This document shows positions 27,672 through 40,800 of a stretch of DNA of 64,000 bases, one piece after another. Source of the stretch: Octopus vulgaris (lineage: Eukaryota). The notes under the pieces were generated by a model. It searched no databases and was not told the origin of the DNA. It saw only the letters and a program-made list of their open reading frames with translations. How positions within the stretch are numbered: position 1 is the first letter of the stretch; every line of letters begins with the position of its first letter. The stretch is from the NCBI GenBank assembly GCA_951406725.2, contig OX597817.1, positions 1,550,001 through 1,614,000 of the forward strand, in the 5' to 3' direction. The translations under genes and the position numbers were made by a program.

Positions 27672-29852
27672 GTATGTATATATATATACACACAAAAACA
27701 CATGCAAGCACACACATTTGCATATATGTGTGTGTGTGTATGCATATATGCATTTATATTAAGATAATACTTTTTTTGTTTTTAATGTACAAGACTTAAT
27801 TACGGTTTAAAGGAAGGAGTTTTGTGCTGACTTAACAAATACCATTGGCAAGCTTCAGACACTACAGAAGTGAAAGAATATTCCGAGGCATGAGAGGGTT
27901 AAAAAATACAATAAACAAATGTAAATACTTAAGGTTCCTTACTTTACAAAACAATAAAATTTATTGAACCAAAAAGCCTTCAGGACGTTGTAGTTGTTGT
28001 TGCCGCTGCTAATATGGCCGCTGTTGTTGCGGTTGTCGCTGTTTTTGTTGTTGTTGATCTTTTTTTGTGGTTTTGTCCTTGTTTGCTTCGCCACATGTGA
28101 GCTCTAATAACAAGCTGACTTATAATCAAAGGTTTTCCGTTTCTGACCATTCTATATTTTTGTTTCATCATAGGTTTATATTACACAAAGTATCCTCCTG
28201 TTTCTAAAAGTGTTAAAGGAGATGTGATAGAGTAAACAACTCCTATATCTGGCAGAGAGAAAGTCCGCGCACAATTAATTACACCCCGAATCGTAGCCCA
28301 CGTCTTAACCGATGAAATGGCATATTCAATTAAGTGATAGTGGTTACATCTATCGAAAAGTTCCGATGTTTTCTGCTGGAACACCGAGATCACAGTTTTG
28401 TAGATCCTGTCAGACCTGGGCAGCAGCAACAACAGATAAATCATAATTCTGGGAAACAGTCGATTGAAGATGAGAGAGAAAGAGAGAGAGAGAGAGAGGG
28501 AGAGAGAGAGAGGGGGGGAAGCATTACAATTTATTAATCGAATATTAATGTCATAAACCTGCCCGAGAGAGATGGCAAGAGGGAGGGAAAGGACGTGAGA
28601 AATGTCAAAATGCCCGATGTCAACTAAGTCAACAGGGAATAGGTGAAGCAAAAAAAAATGGGGAAGCTGTTCCTGTCTAACAATAACAGTGAACAGACAT
28701 ACATTAAGTATACGTGTGCGTATATAAAAAGTTCAAATTTATAGAAAAGACGATGACAGGTCAAGAGGCTCTATTAGTTTAACGCTCGGGAAGAATGGAA
28801 AAGTCTTGGACATTTCGAGCCTACGTTCTCCGACAGGAAAGGTTTCAGAGGGGAAAAATGGAGAGAGAACGAAAGGGATATGTGTGCGTGCACGCGCACA
28901 TGTGTGTATACACTTGGTTGTTTTTATAATGCATAAACATATAGAACTACGGCCGTCACTTGCAATCAAGGATGGCAATCAATATTCTGGCATACTAAAA
29001 CCTTGCTCTCTTCCGATGTGAGCTTGGTTGTGACCTTCCGATGTGAGCTTGCAGACATTTCTACATTTACAGGTTTAATGTCTACAATTATAATTATAAC
29101 TTTCCTTTTATTACTTTGCAAAGCGTTAACATTGTTACGTTGTTTCTGTTTTTATATTTTGAATTTGAAAAGCAAGTAAAAGATGTGTGGATATGTGTAT
29201 CACATCCGTTCGCATCTGCGACAGGTGTAAAACCTAGAAGTGGTGAAGATACGAAACACCCTCAAATTCTGCCGTTACTTGCAGCTGATCGCACACCATT
29301 CTAAAAGTGAAATAATCAAACTTTGCTCTTAAATGGATGGTTACCATAAATTTAATTGTTTAATGAAAATGGCGTACATTGACACCACAGTTAAGATAAC
29401 TGGATGTAATTTGTGGATACTCCGTGGGCCGAAAACCAAAGTGAATGTCATAAGGATTTGAATTCAGAACATAAAGATGTTACACATTTTATTTTTGTTT
29501 TTAACTTTTCCTAAATCGGCTCGTATGGTCGAGTCCTCATTCACTGAGGTATACAGTAATATGTCCGAGTTGACAGAGTATGGGTCATCGGTATATTAAA
29601 TGACGGATCAGTTCGCATCACCTCACCGTCTTCTGTGCTGCGTCCAGGATAGAGTCCGAACACTGACTCTGTCTCATTGATAATAACAACACAAGAAGGA
29701 GCAGTCAGAGCAGTGTAGACTAATGTTGTTGGTAGCGACTTCAACAACATTCATAATAGGAGCATACGACCAAGGTTGTTCTAGGACTGAACATCAAGAT
29801 CATAATTGTATTTTAGTTATCATCACTAGCATTATTTATTGCTCGGTGATAG

Positions 29853-29889
<37 letters not shown>

Positions 29890-30622
29890 AAGGATGATGA
29901 TGACGACGACGATGATATATACCGTTTTGATAACAGACGAAAGGTTGGTAAACAATCTAACGAAATTAAGTAAATGTCATGAAAATTTCTCCATCGACGA
30001 ATAGGAATTTGACATGGTGACACATATACACATCCATTTACATGCGAAGTCTCACACACACACACAGAGGTGAGAATCTTGATATATACATACAAATACA
30101 TTTACACCTTTATAAATATGGCTATATATTTTGCATTAAGCGTGTGTGAATGTGTGTGCGTACGTGCGAGTATATGAGTGAATGCGCGCGTGTGCACGCG
30201 TATGTAAGACACGAAAAGAGAACAAATCATATTTATCACAGGCTATACTTGTAAATCTTTATTTCTCTCTCTTTCTTCTCCCTCTCTCCCTCTCTCTCTA
30301 CCTCTCCCTATACCTCCCAGGAAGAAAGCAGGTGAAATCACTGTAATCAGACTTCAAGAGGGATGGGCTCCGCTAGGTCTAAATGCACGAGTCAATGTGA
30401 ACGTCATGACGGCGCTCATACGACTCCGTGAAGAGTTCAGGGCACACGGAAAATACATGGCTACACAGTTACATATATGCATGCAAACATACAGACAGAC
30501 ACACACGATACACACAAACAAACAAACATGTACATAAGTATATGCGTATATAAAAGATATCTATATAAATATATTCACATACACGCACACACACACAAAT
30601 ATGTGATTAATGAGAGACGTAA

Positions 30623-31561
30623 AATGGAGGATACGAGAATCTTTATTGAACACCACAATAGTTTCGACCCATCTAGAATCGATCTCTTACACAACTGGTT
30701 TAGGTGTATCCCTCGGTATAGATGTGTTTCCACGGGTGATTTCAAGAGGTGTCTCGTTAAAATAAACTCTTTTTCACAAGATTTCTTCTAGGTCTCCGTA
30801 TATAGAAATACCAAATTAAGGGATACAGCTTCATTCTTATAGAAGATCCATAAGAAAGATCAGATATAAAAAGAAAGAAATACACAATACAACGAAAAAG
30901 TATTAGATATAACCGTTAGTAGATATGGATGTACAAACGTCCATACATACGTGATCGGGTGTACGTACACTCGCTCGTACAAACGCACACGTGTATACAA
31001 GCAGACATACACGCGTGCTCTGCCGCAGATAGACAGGTACGCAGAATTAAGTTGTTATTAATAAAGTCATTGGCTATTAGTGGCTAGTGATATGATACCG
31101 CTTGGTGAAGAGTCACAGATTCTGTAAATCAAGGCTTTATTGAGATGGATCGGGCTAATAGTGGCGTAGTAATTCTCGATATGAAGTTGTAAGAATTTTG
31201 TGGTTTTGTTATTTTCTAGTTGCTTAAACCATCCAGTTACCTCTTGGGCATCTGACCACAGGGTTAATCTACGTTTAGACTTAAGGGTGGGCACTATATC
31301 TTTTTGTATCTGATCTTTCTTATGGATCTTCTATAATAATGAAGCTGTATCCCTTAATTTGTCATTTTTATATACGAAGACCTAGAAGAAATCTTGCGAA
31401 ATAGTTTATTTTAAAGAGATACCTCTTGAAATCACTCGAAGAGACACATCTACACCGAAGGATACATTTAAACCTGTAATATAGTACCCCACCCACGAGG
31501 GATCGATGCTAGATGGGCCGAAGCAATTGTAGTGATCAATAAAGATTCGTGTATCTTCCAT
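30623..31561. mobile_element. Penelope-like relic: about 255-bp inverted repeats (30623-30875 / 31298-31561) enclosing an RT fragment
   Basis: Arms share gaagatccataagaaagatcagat and gatttcaagagg; minus-strand 31067-31294 peptide WSDAQEVTGWFKQLE...FLQLHIENYYATIS resembles PLE RT motif A region. Confidence 0.75.
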
Positions 31562-31720
31562 CTTCCATCAACAAATAGACAAACTACCAGGTCTATACCA
31601 TACACTTTATTAACTAATATGCGTGTATATATATATACTTCTAATATAGGATAACATTTTTCAGAAAGTTTCATCGAGTGGCCGGTATATTGAAATACCT
31701 TTTAAGGTCTAAGTTATAAA

Positions 31721-31895
31721 CAATTATAAATAGGGGCAAAAGAAAAATTTCTATGCCAAAATGCTGATAAATAGTCTTTAAATCGTCAAACACGATGTGC
31801 ATTTATAGTGATGTATATTGTATGTGGTGTTTGATGATTTTAAAGTCTATTATCAGCATATTAGTATAGACATTTTTCTTTTGCCCTTATAATTG
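31721..31895. repeat. Imperfect inverted repeat (about 70-bp arms)
   Basis: gggcaaaagaaaaat...tgctgataa...atcgtcaaacac / gtgtttgatgat...ttatcagca...atttttcttttgccc. Confidence 0.8.
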
Positions 31896-32550
31896 CCTGT
31901 GTGTGTGTGTGTGTATACTAAATATTAACACTAGTGTTTATCATTTTTCCACTACATATGCTCTGTGTATCATTGTTAGTAGCATCGCTAGCTATAATGA
32001 CTGACTAACCACTACACTGTGTAATACCTCGCATACATACAATGTACAACCCACGAGTGTTTTAATACATTACATTGACTTCCACTGGTAGAAAAAAACC
32101 CATGAGAATGTATATTTGTCACTTAATGACAGTGGGAGCACTGTACTTGATGAGGAACGGTAAAATCTTGTGCTTCTTTGGGTGAAATAGGTTTTATTTT
32201 AGTCATAGTTACTGTTCCCTGTTATTGTTAGTCAGGAAGAACCGTTTTTGCTTCACCGATTCGGTGTTACAGACTCGACGTTGTCTTAGTTCACAACAGA
32301 CATTTTAACATTTCTCTCATTCTTTCCTTCCCTCTCACCATCTCTCCCTCTCTGACTGTCTCTCTTTCCCCCCTCTCTCTCTCTTTATGCTCGGGATCAT
32401 ATTTATCTTTATGTGAATGAGAAGAGGGAAAGTTTATGATATTAATATTCAATTAATAAAGTCTAATGCTCATCTCTTTCTTTCCCTCTTTTCTTCTCTC
32501 TGTTTCTATGTCTAATTTTCTGCGCGCGCGTAGTTATGCGCGCACGCGTG

Positions 32551-32610
<60 letters not shown>

Positions 32611-33212
32611 TGTGAGTGTGTGTGCATCTGTCTTCTGTACCAAAATATAGTCATCGACACAGTTTGAGAGTTTGAGAGTCTAGCAAGCCGTGCCATATCA
32701 TCAACGCCCGAAGTGCATTGCCCAATTGTCTCATTCCATGGTTAGGACACTTTGTAATGCATAAAACTGATTCATTTCACCACTATAAATAATAAAAGCA
32801 CTGGCCTATGAAGTGCTGCCATTATGCAATGAGGAATTCACTTTCTCTTGTGAGTGGCCAAACTTTAAATTCTTATCTAGAAATCTATAGAGTGTATTTC
32901 TCATTGCCGGGATATTTCTAGTTAACTGAAACACAAGTAATTCCCTGAGCGTCTACAAAATGACATGCAAGTAAAAATCGGCCTAGTTCTATAACAGACG
33001 GAGGTAATTGAAAGACCACAAGCAGAGGTTTCCCCTCCAAATAATCAAATTTCAGATCCCTTTGCTGGTTTCATGTTCTCATATGGGCAAAGAAGTAATT
33101 GTTTCGTCGTAACAACAGAAACAACGACATCGCTGTAATTAAATAGTACCGCATCAATAAAGGAGCTTGCTTGAAATAGCGATTAATTCTCACTCGAATC
33201 ACGTTCGCGCGC

Positions 33213-33270
<58 letters not shown>

Positions 33271-33424
33271 CCATTTTACAAAGAAGGAATTTATTTCAGA
33301 TCGTAATTCCTTGTACATTTGTGAATAAGTAAAAGATAGGACGGTTAAATCTAGAGCAGAATTTATCCTAGATTTGCTTAGACACCAGCGATATCAACAA
33401 CAACACCAACAACAGCAGCAGCAG

Positions 33425-33486
<62 letters not shown>

Positions 33487-33788
33487 AGCATTAGCGATGG
33501 GAATCTACGGTGTCACTGGTCCTACTGGAAATAGCCGAATCTCTCTCGAAATGGACCTTGCCACCTGCGAGCGAATACGACGAGGATGCAACTGAAATGA
33601 CCTCGGCTACAGCTTAATTCATTCAGGTATGACATGGATATGTGGGTGGGTGGGGAGTAAACAAGTACACCTACAAAAGCTAAATGACATTAACAACAAC
33701 AACAACAACAACAACTAAAACAACAACCGAACCAACAACGAAGTCGGCATGAACAGGTTCACTAGTTGTACCATCATCATCATCATCA

Positions 33789-33820
<32 letters not shown>

Positions 33821-33946
33821 GTCGTCGTCATCAGTCAACAACAACAACAACAACAAGAGCTTAACTAAAGAAGCAGCAGCAATAATAACAACGATAGCAA
33901 AATCAATAGCAGCACTACGACCGGTAATCATTAGAAACTAAGTGTC

Positions 33947-33947
<1 letters not shown>

Positions 33948-33984
<37 letters not shown>

Positions 33985-34185
33985 AAGCAGTAGTAGTAGC
34001 AGTATTAATAGTAGTAAACTTGCTGCTAGTAATATACTAGTCGAGAAATGATTCGCACTAACACAGTCCTATTCTAGTTGAATACTACGAAAGTACGATC
34101 AGCATAATCAACACCACTGGCATCATCACGATCCTCCTCCGCCTCCTCCTCCTGATCATCATCATCATCAGCAGCAGTAGTAGTG

Positions 34186-34246
<61 letters not shown>

Positions 34247-34256
34247 CAGCAGCAGC

Positions 34257-34309
<53 letters not shown>

Positions 34310-34329
34310 CAGCAGCAGCAGTAGTAGTG

Positions 34330-34407
<78 letters not shown>
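33948..34407. repeat. (TAG)n/(CAG)n trinucleotide microsatellite region
   Basis: Direct reading. Confidence 0.95.
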
Positions 34408-34444
34408 ACAAATTTGACATGCCTACAAGTGTGAATATCTATGA

Positions 34445-34484
<40 letters not shown>

Positions 34485-34922
34485 TGACTTCTCTGGTTGC
34501 GAAGGAAACTGACAGGTAGAGACGGTTGGCTGGGGATAAGTGGATGGGTGTAGATGACAAGGAGAAGAAAAAAAGAGGAAGAGTGAGAGAGAGAGTAAAA
34601 AGGAGAGCGAAATGGAGAAGAGAAGGGATGGAGCTTGATGCGTTCGGTGGTCGAGGGTTCAGCCTGTATTTAGTGAGTGTGCAAACAGTTTTGTTGGTGT
34701 TTTGTTGGTGTTTTCGTGTTGTTTCTTTTGAGCCAGTGAGTAAACATCGCTGGTATTTCATCTGGTAGGAAAAAAGACGACTTGAGGCGACTAAATAACG
34801 ACGTCAGACACACCTGTGCATATCGTATGTGTGCCTGTGTTTCTCTGTGTATGCGTGTGTATGTGTGCGTGTGTCTTCAATATACGCATGTATGTATGTT
34901 TACATGCATGTATGTATGTATT

Positions 34923-35318
34923 ATCTTTTACTTGTTTCAGGCATTTGACTGCGGCCATGCTGGAGCACCGCCTTTAATCGAGCAACTCGACCCCGGGACT
35001 TATATCTTTTGTAAGCCCAGTACTTATTCTACCGGTCTCTTTTGCCGAACCGCTAAGTTACGGGGACGTATACACACCACCATCGGTTGTTAAGCGATGT
35101 TGGGTGGACAAACACAAATACATAAACACACACACACACATATATATACATATATACGACGGGCTTCTTTCAGTTTCCGTCTACCAAATCCACTCACAAG
35201 GCTTTGGTCGGCCCGAAGCTATAGTAGAAGACACTTGCCCAAGGTTCCACGCAGTGGGACTGAACTCGGAACCATGTGGTTGGCAAACAAGCTACTTACC
35301 ACACAGCCACTCCTGCGC
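34923..35318 (-). mobile_element. SINE family 1 copy (near intact)
   Basis: Full head-to-tail match to other copies. Confidence 0.9.
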
Positions 35319-35439
35319 TGTATGTATGTATGTATGTATGTATGTATGTATGTATGTATGTATGTATGTATGTATGTATGTGTGTGTGTATGTATGTATA
35401 TCTATATGTATGTATGTGTGTATGTATGTATGTCTTCTA

Positions 35440-35700
35440 TTTTTTTGTTCGAATGAACTCTTGCACTAAAAGTTCAGATATCCCACTCCAACGCATAAAC
35501 TTCTTTGGTGATGGCCTTTATCGATATTCCAGGATCGTTCATCGATAATATTTTGAGTCCGTTGTATGAATTGTGGTGTCCTTAAGGTGTTCGAATGTTT
35601 AGAATGTTTTCTCTTCAATAGAGTTGAAACATTCCTACCAGAAACATCTAATTCCATCGGAACTATTTGTCAAAAAGCCAAATAAGAAAAAATATCTTGT
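35440..35700 (-). mobile_element. maT-like transposase N-terminal fragment
   Basis: KRKHSKHSNTLRTPQFIQRTQNIIDE resembles the N-terminal region of the 59.2 kb copy. Confidence 0.55.
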
Positions 35701-35891
35701 GCAGCATTTAGAAACTTGGCAAATTCTAAACCGTTGTATTCTGTACACATCAGCACAATGACTGTTCGTCCATTCATTTTTGTTTTAGCATTATATCTGT
35801 TATTGGGGTATCTGAAAGAAATAAAAATACCTTTTTACTCGTTTGAAGAAAGTAATATACTGATAAGTGTCCTCTACCACTCATACCCTGT

Positions 35892-35940
<49 letters not shown>

Positions 35941-35959
35941 CGTGTGCATATATATATAT

Positions 35960-36184
35960 ATTCTTTTACTTTTATATTATTCTTTTACTTGTTTCTGTCA
36001 TTTGACTGCTACGATGCTGGAGAACCACCTTTAGTCGAACAAATCTACCCCAGGACTTTTTATTTGTAAGCCTAGTATTTATTCTATCGGTCTATTTTGC
36101 CGAACCGCGAAGTTACGGGGACGTAAACACACCAACATCGGTTGAAAAGCGATGGCGGGGGAACAAACACAGACATACACAAGC

Positions 36185-36223
<39 letters not shown>

Positions 36224-36372
36224 CACACATGTATTCGACGGGGTTCTTTCAGTTTCCATCTACCAAATCCACTCACAAGATTCTGGTCGGACCACGGTGC
36301 CACGCAGTGAGACAGAACCTGGAACCATGTGGTTGGTAAACAAGCTACTTACCACGCAACCACTCCTGCGCC
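35960..36372 (-). mobile_element. SINE family 1 copy with internal deletion
   Basis: Matches the 34923 copy but lacks part of the CORE-like segment. Confidence 0.85.
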
Positions 36373-36475
36373 ATATATATAAGGTTGTTCATAACTTTTT
36401 CCGTCTATAGAGAAATGGCTAAAATTTTCTCTGTTTATAATTATACCATGTGTTATTAATATATATATATATATA

Positions 36476-36748
36476 TATAAGTAACAAAGATGTACAGGTG
36501 TCCGTTCATTACGGCCGTTTCGAGTGGCTCCATTTAAATTATTAATGAAGACATTACATCAATCTGAAAAAAAAAACCGTCCTCATCAGACGAACGCATA
36601 AACTTCAAACAAAAAGGATGCACCATTTATGCGTTCACCTGACGAGAATGGCTTCTTTCAAATTGATGTAATGCTTTCGTCAATCAATTAAATGGAGCCA
36701 CTTGAAGCGGCCGCAATGAATTGACACTTGTACATCTTTGTTACTTAT
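36476..36748. repeat. Imperfect palindrome (inverted Penelope-type terminal repeats)
   Basis: ataagtaacaaagatgtaca... / ...tgtacatctttgttacttat; arms about 125 bp, spacer about 22 bp. Confidence 0.85.
36503..36596 (-). ncRNA. Type I hammerhead ribozyme-like motif with extended stem II
   Basis: Minus strand: cgttcgt-CTGATGA-(61 nt)-GAAA-cggccg-TA-atgaacg; 7-bp stem I. Confidence 0.7.
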
Positions 36749-37731
36749 TTATATTCTGTTCATTTAACTTGTAATCTGCACTTCGGAAATACTATAGAAA
36801 GTACTTTTATATAAAGTACATGTCTGAATTACCAATAGCGGATATCTTCACTTAGCTGGGTTGCGTTGTCTACACACACGATAGGAATGTTGGGTACAAA
36901 TACCCACTACACGGAGTCTTGATATTGAATATTTAAATAATATTGTTGGGGTGCACCGAACTAGCAAGGCGCCTCAATTTAAGCACCTAATCCAACAGAA
37001 TCTTAATTATATATGTATGCGCGCGCATATATATATACACATACACATACACTACATCAGTATATATACATATATAAATACATGCATACATAAGTATGTG
37101 TATGCACCCACACTTACACACACACACATATTAATTAATTAATGAGAAGGGAAAAGGGATTACGTAATCAACTTCATTAGCATAGAGTAGGGAACCTGGA
37201 GATGAGGGTTTGGTCAACATCCTAGAATCTATTAAAACGAAATGAAGTTTATTTCGGAAAGCAATTACACGCGCGCGCTCGCGCATTAAAGGTGAAACTT
37301 TTATAATGTCAGACATATTTTCGACATTTCAGAAGAAACAAGAATTGACATATTCACGTTTTTTTTTTGTTTTCTTTTTATTAAGAAGTAGTAGAAACTA
37401 GTCACCTCCACAATAAACACTCCTAGTGTGACGAAACGGGAAATTATAACAGTCAGTACTAATCAGAAGAAAAACAACGAGTGAATAAACAGAATAGTCT
37501 TTTGTGTGTTACTTCTTTTTTTTATATGGGTAATATGACTTCTCCAAGATGTAATTGTAGACACATACATACATGCACGCACACACACACATACACATGT
37601 ATGCATGCGCATATGCTTACATACATGCATATATACATATATACATACATGCATACATACATGCATATATGCATGCATACATACATACATATATATATGT
37701 ACATACATACATACATACATACATACATACA

Positions 37732-37765
<34 letters not shown>

Positions 37766-37774
37766 CATACATAA

Positions 37775-38100
37775 AAAGGAGCACTCCGTCAGTTACTACG
37801 ACGAGGGTCCTAGCTGATATGATCAGCGGAACAGCTTGCTCGTGAAATAACGTGCAAGTGGCTGAGTATTCCACAGACACGTGTACCCTTAACGTAATTC
37901 TCAAGGAGATTCAGCGTGACACAGAGTGTGACAAGGCCGACCCTTTGAAATACAGGTGCAACTCATTTTTGCCAACTGAGTGGACTGGGGCAACGTGAAA
38001 TAAAGTGCCTTGCTCAAGGACACAACTCGTCACCGGGAACTGAACTCACGACCTTACAATCGTGACCTGAATGCCCAAACCACTAAGCCACGCACCTTCA
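37775..38100 (-). mobile_element. tRNA-derived SINE family 3 (CORE-like)
   Basis: Minus strand TGGCTTAGTGG...GAGTTCAGTTCC followed by tgtgtccttgagcaaggcacttt. Confidence 0.8.
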
Positions 38101-38724
38101 CCATACATACATGTATACATACATACATAGATACTTACATACATACATGCATACATTTCTCCTTATCGATATACATCGGTCCGGGCTTAGAAGCTTGGAT
38201 TCATTTCCTTGTTGATATCACAAATGATGAAAGACTATTGAAGAAAATGGAAAATCATTTCGCCCTCAACAATCTATAATCTTTGGATTGTTTCTGATTA
38301 GAGACGTTATATTACAATAAACTTCTTTTTTTTTCGCCGGCATTGTAGTAGCTCTTCTTAATCTTAGATGGAATCTTTAGTCTACACGTGGCGGTACACA
38401 CACCACCTGTCTCCAGACTCAATCAGTGTCCGAACATTTGCTGACATGTGGAGTAAAGTCAAACATCGTTTGACGTTTGAAGGATGGCTCCGGCTGTCAG
38501 TCGACTCTCATATAATGGTCGCCCTCCCAACTCCGTTTGCCGAGGAAGGACAGGTAAGAAAGGTGTTGTGTGATTGGCAAGATTGAGAGGATTGGTGACA
38601 GGACATTTATTCTCTAGCCAAGCTCTCCTCAACATTTTCAAGTATCACTTGAAAAAGGTCGCAGCTGAGAAGGAAGTGCTATCTTCTACTTAACTTTTTT
38701 TTGAAGGCGTGTGAATGTCTAAAG

Positions 38725-39053
38725 CAGGCCTGGCCAACTCGAATTACATTATGGGCCTCTTTAAACACAGAAAGTTTTTTTGAGGGCAGCTTGTATACTT
38801 TGCGCACTAATAGTGAAATAATCAAATTACAGAATAAAGAATCTTTTATACTTTTCGTTTGTTTAAAATTATAAAATTGTAGGCTATTGCTTTATTGCCA
38901 CTTATCAATTTTAAATTTATTTTGAAACAAATGTTTTACACAAACAATTTTATTTTGAAATTAAACATAATACTTCAAGAAAGTATCAAGCAAGCCGCAA
39001 GATAAAAGTCTGCAGCCCTATGCGGCCCGCGGGCCTCAGGTTGGCCAACCCTG
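38725..39053. mobile_element. hAT (Charlie-like) MITE
   Basis: Termini CAGGCCTGGCCAAC / GTTGGCCAACCCTG; 8-bp TSD gtctaaag (38717-38724) / gcctaaag (39054-39061). Confidence 0.85.
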
Positions 39054-39379
39054 GCCTAAAGCATGGCTTGGCTGATTGGCTGATCGTTGACGGAAACGGG
39101 AAGAAGACATCTACTCATGTTATTAAGAGTAATCCGTGATTGTAAGCCGTTTCCCGAATATCTGTAGGTATCTGTACCCCACTAGAAAATAAAGCAAAGC
39201 TATTTACATAAATGATCTATATTGTTTTCTTCCTTTCCTGCCCATAAACTCCTCGACTGATTTGTGTGTTCATTGCTTGAAGTCTCTCATCTACTTCCTT
39301 TGTGGTCAATAAAATTTATTTCCGCTTTTCTTTTTCTTGTTCCGTCTTCAAATCTCCCTTAGGTGGACTTGGATTTTAT

Positions 39380-39960
39380 CCTCTTGTAGCCGATGCAATT
39401 AAGTACCAATCAACTACTAGGTTCAATAGTATCTCCTCAAAATTCTAGGTTTTGTGCTGAAATTTGAAACAATTGTTTTTATAATCACTCATAGTCGACT
39501 GTTCACGTCAGTCGGAATTTCTAATTTTGTGGTTATTTTAGAATAATTAGTAAATCAGTAGAATCATTAGGGTGCCGAAAATATCTTGCGGTATTTATTC
39601 CGGCTCTTCATGTCCTAAATTCAAATCCTACCGAGTTCAACATTGCTTTTCATACCCGTCTGTAAAACAAAGTAGCAGTTAAATATGGCGGGGGTCTATA
39701 GTATTCGACAAACCCTTCCTCTCAAAATTGATGGTCTTCTGTTTAAATTAGAAATTATTATTAAAGGGCTATGAATTGGCAAAATCTTTAGAGCACCGGA
39801 CTAAATGCCTTGTGGTATTATTCGTTCATTCTTTCAGAGTTGATAAAATAAAGTACCAGGCGGCAACTAGGGTCGTTGCAACCGACTAACTTCCTACCTT
39901 CAAAAATTACTGTCCTTGTGCATCATTTATAAACCACCACCACCACCACCACCACCATCA

Positions 39961-40032
<72 letters not shown>

Positions 40033-40056
40033 CACCACCACCACCATCACACTACA

Positions 40057-40115
<59 letters not shown>

Positions 40116-40116
40116 C

Positions 40117-40208
<92 letters not shown>

Positions 40209-40800
40209 TAATAATAATAATATTTTCTACTGTAGGTACAAGGCATGGAATTTGGAGAAAGAGATTAAGTCGATTACACCGACCCCAGTGCGTAACTGGT
40301 ACTTAATTGATCGACCCCGAAAGGATGAAAGATAAAGTTGACCCCGCGGAATTTAAACTCAGTACGTAGTGACGGACGAAATACCGCTAAGTATTTTGTA
40401 CGGCGTGCTAACGAACGTGCCAACTCGCCGCCTAAATAGTATTAAGTTCAAATTACGCCTAGCACTGGGGCCGATGTAATCGACAACTCATTGCCACTTG
40501 CAAAATTTCAGGCTTTGTGTCTATATTAGAAAGAATTGTTATGACATATAAACCACCTTTTAGCTCTCCCTCAAAATATCTAGTTTTTGCCAAAGTCAGA
40601 CATTAATATTATAAAGTTTGTCAAAAACTTTAGTGAAAGATTAAATGCCATCTTGTATGTATTTCGCCTCTTCACATTAAGGGTCAAATACTGTGGTCAA
40701 CATTGCCTTTTTCCTTTTTGGAGTCGATAAAATTAAAGTGCGAGGGAACACAATATTACAGGTTATTCCTAAATTTCTGGTTTTGTGCCTATGTAATAAA
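39380..40800. mobile_element. Cluster of SINE family 2 copies and fragments around a CAC/TAC/AAT microsatellite
   Basis: Repeated aagtacca and ttcaaat motifs; best copy at 40225-40435 (minus). Further copies near 1625, 14640, 15410, 17460, 41990 and 42405. Confidence 0.7.
39933..40220. repeat. Compound (CAC)n(TAC)n(AAT)n microsatellite
   Basis: Direct reading. Confidence 0.95.

Noticed and set aside
29541-29750. 69-aa minus-strand ORF as host exon
   Set aside because: Short, no recognisable motif and no clear splice signals.
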